From Candidatus Bathyarchaeia archaeon (GTDB taxonomy: Archaea > Thermoproteota > Bathyarchaeia > Bathyarchaeales > Bathycorpusculaceae), in the NCBI GenBank assembly GCA_038882975.1, contig JAVZNE010000001.1, positions 1 to 64,000 of the forward strand: DNA of 64,000 nucleotides, written 5' to 3'. Both the position numbers and the translations under genes were made by a program. The notes under the pieces are model-generated. The model saw nothing but the letters and a program-made list of their open reading frames with translations. It searched no databases and was not told the DNA's origin. Position 1 is the stretch's first letter. The number at the start of each line of letters is the position of its first letter. Positions 46,179-54,077 of the stretch are shown here, piece by piece.

Positions 46179-47203
46179 ATGTACTCTTCCTCGCTGCCAG
46201 CGGTTCCAACAACAACTTGATGGAACGCTTCGCCACTCCCAACTTTTTCCACACGTTCCAGCATGCCCGAAACTTCCATTTTTTGGCCGTTTTTGGCGAC
46301 GTTTCTATAGCATCCAATCATGGAGACAACAGCCTCCGGAACCATTTCCTTTGGAAGCTTTGAGATTTGGCTTAGCGGCGTATAGTCTTCAATTTTGTAT
46401 ATGGCTGGGCGGAACATGGCTTCACTGTCGTCTTTAACTTTACATTGGAATCTAACCGAGGCTATTGGCGTGTAGAAGTATTCGCCATATTTGGTTGTTA
46501 CTTCCTCTGGTTTGCGGACGGCATTATACATGAAAATCTTTTCGCGGTAACGCCCCTTAAACCGTCTCGCGGCGTCCAAACGGTTGTTAAACACATAGCT
46601 TAGGGTTCCCTCCTCAACAAGCTTGTCAATCGCCTTTTCCACTTTTCGGAAGTTTCGGCTGCCGTAAACAACTATGTCAATGTCTGACTCTTGAGAGTGC
46701 ATGTTTAGGGCTATGGAGCCGTGAACACCAAAATCTTCAAGGGCGACTTTCGAAGCGTTGGAAACCAAATCCAAAAAATCAAGCGTCATCCTCTGCAGTT
46801 TATCCAGCCTTTTCATCTTCAAAAGCCTTTGAAGACGTTCCAAAGGAACGTACACTCGCCTAATACTTTCTAGTGGTGCGCTGATGACTTCCTTTTTTCT
46901 GAAGGGACAGTGGTAAACATAGTCTGGGAAGTTTCTCCTAAAAACTTCTAGGAAAGTTTGGTAGTTTTTCGCCGTGTAGAGCTTCTCAGCCCTAAAAAGC
47001 TCAGTTTCCCCATAACGCCACGTCCTTTCTAAAAGGCGAACGCTGAAGAGTTCTTTGAACTTTGATGGAATGTATTTTAGAAAGGCGAAGACGTGCTTTT
47101 GTGGGTGCTCATAGCCAAAAACGTTTAGTATGAAGCCTTCTTTGGTTGTGAATGTGTCTCCGTCCGTTGGAAGCCAGTTTTTAGGCGCAGCCGTCAATGT
47201 CAC
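46166..47203 (-). CDS. Predicted nucleotidyltransferase (COG1665-like), paralog 3
   Basis: VFGYEHP, GVHGS...SDIDIVVYG and FRPAIY motifs. Confidence 0.8.
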   Translation of the reverse strand: MTLTAAPKNWLPTDGDTFTTKEGFILNVFGYEHPQKHVFAFLKYIPSKFKELFSVRLLERTWRYGETELFRAEKLYTAKNYQTFLEVFRRNFPDYVYHCPFRKKEVISAPLESIRRVYVPLERLQRLLKMKRLDKLQRMTLDFLDLVSNASKVALEDFGVHGSIALNMHSQESDIDIVVYGSRNFRKVEKAIDKLVEEGTLSYVFNNRLDAARRFKGRYREKIFMYNAVRKPEEVTTKYGEYFYTPIASVRFQCKVKDDSEAMFRPAIYKIEDYTPLSQISKLPKEMVPEAVVSMIGCYRNVAKNGQKMEVSGMLERVEKVGSGEAFHQVVVGTAGSEEEYIWPV

Positions 47204-47298
47204 CTTGATAAAATTTGGCTGACTGTTTTAAAAGTGTTGACGCTGGAGAGAAAACAATTTAAGATTAACGGTAAAGACTTTCTGATGGTGCATTCAGA

Positions 47299-47769
47299 GT
47301 GAGTTCCCTACATCCCTATGTAGTTTTTCTTCCAGCCGAGGAAAAAAATCGCATACTAAGTGCAATTTTCGGCTCTAAGGCTTCCCTTGCCATTTTAAGA
47401 TTCTTCCTTAAAACCGGAATTTCGAACAAGGTTTACCAGAAAGACCTTGTTAGGAAGCTTTCTTACTCAAACAAGACGATAATTGAAAACTTGAAAACTT
47501 TGACCAAGCTTGGAATCTTAACGGAGAATATGGAGAAAACGCAGCATGAAGGACGTGTGGTTTGGGTTAAATTCTATAAGCTTTCGGACGCTGGAAAATG
47601 GTTCGCCCTTCTTTTAGCAGAGGAAAAGGAACTTACGGACAAGGAAAAGGCGGAAGTACTACAAAACATTTTCAGAAGCTACATAAAATGGGTAAAAAAC
47701 CTATCGGAAAAACTCCACATGGAAAAAGCTACGTTTAAAAGAATCTTTAGCGAAGAGATGGCAAGTTAG
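47299..47769 (+). CDS. Winged-helix DNA-binding protein
   Basis: YQKDLVRKLSYSNKTIIENLKTL...YKLSDAGKW. Confidence 0.7.
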   Translation: MSSLHPYVVFLPAEEKNRILSAIFGSKASLAILRFFLKTGISNKVYQKDLVRKLSYSNKTIIENLKTLTKLGILTENMEKTQHEGRVVWVKFYKLSDAGKWFALLLAEEKELTDKEKAEVLQNIFRSYIKWVKNLSEKLHMEKATFKRIFSEEMAS

Positions 47770-47945
47770 ATTTGGGACTCGTGAAAAAATTATTAAGGAA
47801 AAAGAGGTGTTTGGAGAGCAGCCCTTGCAGAGCGCCATGCTTATTTATGGGGTTTGGAGATTCCGAGGGGGGAGAAGGGGGAGAAAGGAGAGCTTTTAAA
47901 AATATAGAAGTGGTTTCTCCAAACCTTTCCACTTTGTGGGCGCTC

Positions 47946-49115
47946 CTATAGGGCTTTGAAGGCTTCAAACCACCTGTTGTATAGAGCTAGCATGTCGAGG
48001 GAAACGCTTGGTTTTCGCTCTTCAAGAATCTGCCTAAAATCACTCATGCGCAGAGGTCTTGGCTTGGCAAGCTTATTCGATGCTTGACCAGACTCGAAGA
48101 ATTCACCTATAACTTTTAGGTGGGCTGCTTGGCAGACATCTTTTATGTCGCTTCCTGAAAAGCCTTCTGAAAGCCTAGCCAACTCATGCAAGTCCACATC
48201 AGGGGCCAAAAGCAAATTGCTTGTATAATGTTTAAACATCATTAAGCGGGCGTGGTGGTCTGGAAGCGGCACGAGGATGCGCTTTTGGAAACGCCTAATG
48301 AAGGGCCAATCCAGATCCCAAGGCTTGTTTGTAGCGCCGATAACGTAGACGTGGATGTTTTTACCCTTGTCTATTATGCCGTCCATTTCCTTCAAAAACT
48401 GGTTTCGCACCCGAACTTCGCCGCCCACTTCGTTAGAATGCTTCCCCATCAAAGAGTCCAACTCGTCAATGAAGATTATGGCTGGCTTCTTATCATCCAA
48501 AGCAGATTTTCTAGCAGATTCAAAAAGACGGGCAACATTCTGCTCAGCTTCACCCAACCACTTGGACATTATCGAGGCGGCATCCACAGAAATGAAAACC
48601 GCGTCAATTTCTGTTGCAGCTGCCGCTGCCAACAAGGTTTTGCCGCATCCGGGCGGCCCAAATAGAAGTATGCCCCTAGGCCAGCCAAGTGGAAAAAGGT
48701 CTGGCCTTTGAACTGGGTAGATTATGGCTTCCTTTATGGCTTTCTTTGCAGTGTCAAGTCCAATAACTTCGTCCCATTTCACGTTTGGCTTTTCCTTAAC
48801 GATTAGATCTTCGTAGCTGGCCTTCTTTTCTTCGCCTGTTTTTGCTCCTTCAACACCTTTGGCTTCCATTGCTCTTGGCTCTGTTGAGCCAACTGCTCCC
48901 TGCAGCACCTTTATTCTTTCCTGGTAGGCTATAGCCCTTTGAATGTAAACCTTGTTTAGGCTGTAGTCTGGATAAAGCTGGACAAGCTTCAGAAGAGTTT
49001 CTATGGCCTTCTGATACATGGTTATAGCCATGCCCCTTGCCCCCTGCTTGTCAAGGCGAACAGCCTCTAATGCGTAATTTGTGGCGGATTTTTCAAGTTC
49101 CTGCGACGCTTCCAT
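47946..49115 (-). CDS. cdvC: Vps4/CdvC AAA+ ATPase with MIT domain
   Basis: N-terminal MIT domain (AVRLD..G....AI..YQKAI), GPPGCGKT, IFIDELD and ATNKPWDLD motifs. Confidence 0.93.
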   Translation of the reverse strand: MEASQELEKSATNYALEAVRLDKQGARGMAITMYQKAIETLLKLVQLYPDYSLNKVYIQRAIAYQERIKVLQGAVGSTEPRAMEAKGVEGAKTGEEKKASYEDLIVKEKPNVKWDEVIGLDTAKKAIKEAIIYPVQRPDLFPLGWPRGILLFGPPGCGKTLLAAAAATEIDAVFISVDAASIMSKWLGEAEQNVARLFESARKSALDDKKPAIIFIDELDSLMGKHSNEVGGEVRVRNQFLKEMDGIIDKGKNIHVYVIGATNKPWDLDWPFIRRFQKRILVPLPDHHARLMMFKHYTSNLLLAPDVDLHELARLSEGFSGSDIKDVCQAAHLKVIGEFFESGQASNKLAKPRPLRMSDFRQILEERKPSVSLDMLALYNRWFEAFKAL

Positions 49116-49122
49116 GGAGAGT

Positions 49123-50040
49123 TCACCTTCTAGCTTCAATCTTTATCTTGCCCTTAGCCCCAAGACTTTGAAGAGCCTTCTCAATATCCTCATATGAGGC
49201 GCCCAACTCCCGAGAACAACGTGTCAAGTCTATTTCGCCTCCGCTTTTCCGAACATATTCCAGGAGGGCTTCTTCAAGGGTTGGTTTTCCAACTCGAAGC
49301 GAAATCTCCTGAATTTCAGCCTTTCTAAAGGAGATGAGTTGCTGAGAGTTGCTCCCTTCAGTTTCGATGGTTTCGCCGCCCACGGATTGGGAGCATGAAG
49401 CGGCTAGGGCAACCATCTGCTTAATCTGGGCTTGGGCTGGCTCAAGTTTCACCTCCAATTGTGGTGTTGGTGTTTCCTCCTGCATAGCGGGCGGTTCAGG
49501 AAGTTTCTCAGCTAATCGCTTCTCCAAGAAACTTGAAACTTCTTTCAGAATCTGCTCTCCAGCCGGCGTAACTCTGTCAACCGGAATTACCACTTCATCA
49601 GCGGATATCTTTGTGGAATAAATTGTCTCGCCTATAACGTCGTTGATTTCGCTAAGTTCTGAGGAGACCTCAGGCAAAACATTAAAGAGCTGTTTGGAAA
49701 CGCTTTGGAGAGTTCTCAAAGCTGGCTTTAGGTCTATGATTATGTCGCTTAGCTCTTTCACGGTTTCGAGGCGGAGGATAACCCTTTCAATTGCAAGCTC
49801 CACTTGCTGGAGAAAATTGATTAACTTTCGAACTTCGGCAAGCTCATTTGCGCATATTGCGGCTCTTTCCTTGTTGTTGGTTCTCAGCGCCGTTACGCAT
49901 GTCTGGAATAGGCTTTTGTCCCTCTCCTTAAGCCTCAGCGACGCTTGAACTACTCTGTGTTGTTGTATTCGCAGTTTATGCACCGACTTGATTATAACTT
50001 CCCGTAGTGGTGGAGGGGTTTGGGTGAAAGGATTTTTTAT
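49123..50040 (-). CDS. cdvB: ESCRT-III protein CdvB with C-terminal winged helix
   Basis: Snf7 core AAICANELAEVRK...ERVILRLET and C-terminal wH LLEYVRKSGGEID; start placed at a proposed ATA (50040). Confidence 0.85.
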   Translation of the reverse strand: MKNPFTQTPPPLREVIIKSVHKLRIQQHRVVQASLRLKERDKSLFQTCVTALRTNNKERAAICANELAEVRKLINFLQQVELAIERVILRLETVKELSDIIIDLKPALRTLQSVSKQLFNVLPEVSSELSEINDVIGETIYSTKISADEVVIPVDRVTPAGEQILKEVSSFLEKRLAEKLPEPPAMQEETPTPQLEVKLEPAQAQIKQMVALAASCSQSVGGETIETEGSNSQQLISFRKAEIQEISLRVGKPTLEEALLEYVRKSGGEIDLTRCSRELGASYEDIEKALQSLGAKGKIKIEARR

Positions 50041-50071
50041 TTTTGCTCCCTCCGCCCGCTACGCAGAAGCC

Positions 50072-50797
50072 CTAAATTCCGGATTCGCCTGCTTCTTTCA
50101 CGTAAACTATGACTGGTGGTTCTGGAAGACTTGGAGACGGGGGAGTTGGGGCTTCCTCAACATGCTCTTCAGCAACTGTTTTCGGCGGCGCCTCTCCTAA
50201 CAAAATATTTGAAAGCTTGCTCTTCATACTTTCAAGGTCTGTCTTCTCCAAATTCGCCCTCTTTAGGCACTCTTGAATCGTCGTGAATGCCGCCTGATAA
50301 GATTGGTCGTCAACCTCGCCTATTTCATGCTCCACTTCCAAGTGGACAAGTGCATAATTTAGTTCTCTAATCTCCTGGTTGCATCTCTCAATCTCTTTAT
50401 CGATTCTTTCCAGCATGGTTTGGGCTTCACTTTTAAGCTGGTTTAGGGCGCCCTCAAAACTTCTATGCAAGTCCTCATAAACTTCTGGTGAAATCTTCTT
50501 TTTCTCCAGAAGCTCTTTTAGGGCCTGGTCTTTACGCCATATAAGTGGAATTTGGTCGCAGAAAACCGAGGTGTCATATTTAACTTTTGAAAGGAAAATT
50601 ACGTCTGAGCCTTCAACCTTTATGGTTCCAGCCGGATACTTAACGAAGCGCCCATCACTGTGCCTTATGTAAACGGCGTCCACCACACCATGGGGCTTTA
50701 CAGCTAAGGATGCTACCTCGCCTATTGGGCGTCCATACTCATCTTTAACGACTTTACCAAGGGACAAAAAAAGATTGGAGTCTTGCGGCATAGACAT
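50072..50797 (-). CDS. cdvA: CdvA (PRC barrel plus coiled coil)
   Basis: GKVVKDEYGRPIG PRC motif and ALKELL..KISPEVY coiled region; adjacent to cdvB/C. Confidence 0.85.
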   Translation of the reverse strand: MSMPQDSNLFLSLGKVVKDEYGRPIGEVASLAVKPHGVVDAVYIRHSDGRFVKYPAGTIKVEGSDVIFLSKVKYDTSVFCDQIPLIWRKDQALKELLEKKKISPEVYEDLHRSFEGALNQLKSEAQTMLERIDKEIERCNQEIRELNYALVHLEVEHEIGEVDDQSYQAAFTTIQECLKRANLEKTDLESMKSKLSNILLGEAPPKTVAEEHVEEAPTPPSPSLPEPPVIVYVKEAGESGI

Positions 50798-50812
50798 TCC
50801 TCCATCATATTG

Positions 50813-51475
50813 CTAAGATGTTTCCGTTGGGGATTTTTCTGGCAGCGGCACTTGCGGGATTCCCGCCGGAAGCTCTGGGAACTTCTCCTTAATTCTCTGC
50901 TCAGCAACAGCGGCAGCCTCTGTGAGTATTTTTTGGGCGTCTTCGTTGGCAGTTTCAAAGTTTATGGATAATCCTGTGCTTTGTCCAGCCTCAACTATTA
51001 TTCCACTTAGAAGGTTGCCTATTTGCCCCAACTCCCTCTCCGCTTCTGGGAAGATGTTAGCCATTCCAGTCTTTACAGCTCTTAGAACGCTTACTGCGGG
51101 GCCAAGGGTTGAAACTACGTCTCCAAGCTCTGATACCGTGCGTAATCTTAAGACTATTTGTTCGAGGGCCAATCTAGCCTGCATAATCATCTTTTCCATT
51201 TTCCTTATCTCAGCCAACTCATTGGCGAAGACGTTTGCCCGTGCCATGTCATGCTTTGTGTAAGCATCAACAATTCTGGCAAATATCGACTTATCTCTCT
51301 GGCTAAACCTTTCACTCGCTTGGTCTAGCTTCTGTATTTGGAGTTCTATGCGGCGGACAGCCATGTCAAGTCTCGGCTTTAATGGACCTGGCGGCCTAAC
51401 AGCCTCTTTAATGCGTTCTGTTAGTGGTTGCTCGTCGCGTCTCTCATCCCATCTTCTACTAAATCTTTCTGACAA
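50813..51475 (-). CDS. ESCRT-III/Snf7 paralog (CdvB1/B2-like)
   Basis: ANVFANELAEIRK...LEQIVLRLRTVSELGD...EDAQKILTEA...KFPELP; TTG start. Confidence 0.9.
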   Translation of the reverse strand: MSERFSRRWDERRDEQPLTERIKEAVRPPGPLKPRLDMAVRRIELQIQKLDQASERFSQRDKSIFARIVDAYTKHDMARANVFANELAEIRKMEKMIMQARLALEQIVLRLRTVSELGDVVSTLGPAVSVLRAVKTGMANIFPEAERELGQIGNLLSGIIVEAGQSTGLSINFETANEDAQKILTEAAAVAEQRIKEKFPELPAGIPQVPLPEKSPTETS

Positions 51476-51695
51476 GCTTGATTCCTCCAAGAAGAGGCTT
51501 AAGGGGCTTGGCAAATCTTTATACATTCTTAATATGCCCGCATTATCCACGTATATATGTAGAGCTATATGTGCCGTTTGAAACCTCTTTGAGCTTTAAT
51601 TTTCCAGTGAAAAGAACTCCTTGCTGCTTTTTCAGAAATAGACAAAAAAGTGTAAGTTAGACTAAAAAGAGGCCGATAATTCAATTCTAGGCTAG

Positions 51696-51920
51696 GTGGA
51701 AAAGATGGGCGAAAGATTAAAGGTATTCGTGTTTGTCGCAATCCTCGGATTCTTCGCTGGAATCGTAGCTGAACTAACAATAGAGTACGTTATCCCAGCG
51801 CTTGCAGCTATACTACCAGTTCTATTCAGTAAATACATCCTTGCAGGACTAACAGGTGCCTTCCTAACACTCATAATAGTCAGCGTATGGGCGTACATAA
51901 CAGGACCGAAAGAACCATAG
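51696..51920 (+). CDS. Small two-TM membrane protein
   Basis: Two hydrophobic segments; AGGTG SD-like sequence upstream. Confidence 0.6.
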   Translation: MEKMGERLKVFVFVAILGFFAGIVAELTIEYVIPALAAILPVLFSKYILAGLTGAFLTLIIVSVWAYITGPKEP

Positions 51921-51991
51921 CCATTCAAAACTTCCGTTCACCTTTTTACTCCTATTCAGCAAATTGTTAGCTGATTGTATAACCTTTCATT

Positions 51992-52630
51992 TTGGACTCA
52001 GGAGCGGAAAAACCAATCATTAGGCTCATTGTACCTCGATCTCTTCATCGTCCAAAAATAACAAGTGTTAACGAAATTATTTATGTTTTGCAAAACATTG
52101 TAAGTGTGGAAGAGGAGAGAAAAACTTTGCAAGGAAGCCGCATCGAAAATTATCGTTTAAGGCTTGAAAACGCTTCGAGTTATGGCGACATTTGGGAGAT
52201 TGTTAAGGACACTGTTGCCTTTTCTCTGAACCAACGGAGGGCTGGAATGATGCTTTTCCTTGACGATTTGCCCATACAGCTAGGCGCCTACCACCCAATT
52301 GGAACAAACAACATCATTTTGAACCGCATTCTCGTTAGGGCTGTTGAAGCATCTACAAATTCGAAGCGTGTTGTAAACGCCTTAATATATAACCTGCTTC
52401 TCCACGAGTACCTCCACGCCTTGGGGCATGTCTCCGAATTGAAGGTTAGACGGTTGGTCTATCAGATTGCAAGGGAGTGCTTCGGCGAAGAGCACATAGC
52501 CACAGCCATAGCGAAAAGCAGTCCATGGGCTTTGCTGAAGAGCATACCCTTAGACAAGGTATTTCACGCCAAGCGGGTCATGGAAATAGTTAAGGACTTT
52601 GAGAAGACAGACCAGAAATACGTAGTTTAG
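51992..52630 (+). CDS. Zincin-like metallopeptidase (HExxH)
   Basis: LGAYHPIGTNNIILN and LLHEYLHALG motifs; true start probably downstream. Confidence 0.7.
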   Translation: MDSGAEKPIIRLIVPRSLHRPKITSVNEIIYVLQNIVSVEEERKTLQGSRIENYRLRLENASSYGDIWEIVKDTVAFSLNQRRAGMMLFLDDLPIQLGAYHPIGTNNIILNRILVRAVEASTNSKRVVNALIYNLLLHEYLHALGHVSELKVRRLVYQIARECFGEEHIATAIAKSSPWALLKSIPLDKVFHAKRVMEIVKDFEKTDQKYVV

Positions 52631-52647
52631 CAAGGCGGATGCGAAAT

Positions 52648-53463
52648 ATGTGTGGCATATTTGGCTACACACTAAAAAAGCCCATAGAAGTCGCATATGC
52701 CCTAAAGGTTCTCCAGAAGCTTGAAAGGCATCAATACCCAAACGAGCCTAAACAAGTTGGGGGTTATGGTGCTGGAATAGCCATCCTCACGAGTTCTGGA
52801 GCCGTCTTGCTTGAGAAAGTTGGAAGGATCAATGGTTCACCAGCGGAACACTTGGCGGAAACGTGCAAGTTTGAAAAAGCATCGGTCTTGGTTGGACATG
52901 TGCGGCTGCCAAGCCCATGGTTCATGAAAACAGCCCATTTTCGGGAAACAGCCCAGCCATACGTAGTACAATGTTTTTCTGGCTTAACGGTGATTTCAGC
53001 CCATAATGGAAACGTGACAAACTATAAGGCTATTAGGGAAAGGCTCAGTGGAAAACATATCTTCGAGTCTGAAAGGGCTGAGCTCATAGATTCTGAGGTT
53101 ATACCCCACTTGTTTGAAGAACTCCTATTTGAGAAAGGCAGCCCCGAAGAAGCCTTAAACACGCTTTACACAGCCATAGAAGGACCAAACACCGTAAGTC
53201 TCCTACAAATCGAAAAGGGGTGGGTGCTCCTACACTTCCTTCATAAGGGGAAGACGAGAGGTTTAACCATATGGAAAAACGAGAAAGACGAAGTCGTTTT
53301 CTGTTCGAGAAAAGAACCGTTGATGGAAACGCTGGGCTTTTTCCTCGCCAAAGGCAATTTTGCGGAGCATTTGTCCATTCCATACGGTGAAGAGAGAAGC
53401 TTTAAAGCAACCTTCATTTTTAATCTAAACAAAACTATTAGGACGGAGCCGGATACATCTTAG
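52648..53463 (+). CDS. Class II glutamine amidotransferase (Ntn) domain protein
   Basis: MCGIFG N-terminus, GHVR, HNG and DSEVI motifs. Confidence 0.8.
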   Translation: MCGIFGYTLKKPIEVAYALKVLQKLERHQYPNEPKQVGGYGAGIAILTSSGAVLLEKVGRINGSPAEHLAETCKFEKASVLVGHVRLPSPWFMKTAHFRETAQPYVVQCFSGLTVISAHNGNVTNYKAIRERLSGKHIFESERAELIDSEVIPHLFEELLFEKGSPEEALNTLYTAIEGPNTVSLLQIEKGWVLLHFLHKGKTRGLTIWKNEKDEVVFCSRKEPLMETLGFFLAKGNFAEHLSIPYGEERSFKATFIFNLNKTIRTEPDTS

Positions 53464-53477
53464 AGAAAATATCACGG

Positions 53478-54020
53478 TTGAGTAAATACTTGCGCCGAGA
53501 CGAGAAGATCTTATGGAGTGGCAAGCCAGAAATTATACCGTTTATATTTTCTGGGTATGCAGGTTTTTCCCTTTTTGGTTTCATCTTGCTTATTTTTATC
53601 CTCATCATGATTATGTCCATGCCTATGACTAGCGCACCACCATTTCCATTCATGTTCTTTACAGCGTTCTTCATAGTACTTGGATTATGCATATCCATAG
53701 GTCCACTAGCAATGGAGCTTTTGAGGTACAGAAACACGGAGTATGCAATCACGAATCAGAGGCTCATAGCGCAAACAGGAGCCATAGGGTTAGATACAAG
53801 ATTTGTTGAATTAGACAAAATTCAAGAAGTCTACGTGACTGTCGGCTTGCTGGATAGGGTTTATGGAACTGGGTCAATTATCGCGGTTACGGCTGGCTAC
53901 GTTCCAGTTGAAACCAGAATCCATCATGGGGTGTTAGTGCGCCCAGCATTTAGGGCTGTAAAAAATCCATACGAGGTTCAGAGGCTTCTCCAAGAAGCCA
54001 TAAAAGGGAAGCAATCCTAA
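53478..54020 (+). CDS. Membrane protein with bacterial PH (bPH_2) domain
   Basis: YLRRDEKILWSGKP, two TMs, YAITNQRLI...GTGSI. Confidence 0.8.
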   Translation: MSKYLRRDEKILWSGKPEIIPFIFSGYAGFSLFGFILLIFILIMIMSMPMTSAPPFPFMFFTAFFIVLGLCISIGPLAMELLRYRNTEYAITNQRLIAQTGAIGLDTRFVELDKIQEVYVTVGLLDRVYGTGSIIAVTAGYVPVETRIHHGVLVRPAFRAVKNPYEVQRLLQEAIKGKQS

Positions 54021-54077
54021 AAGCCTAGCAAAGAATAAGTGATTGAGACGGCCCAAAAATATTGGCGAAACTAAATA

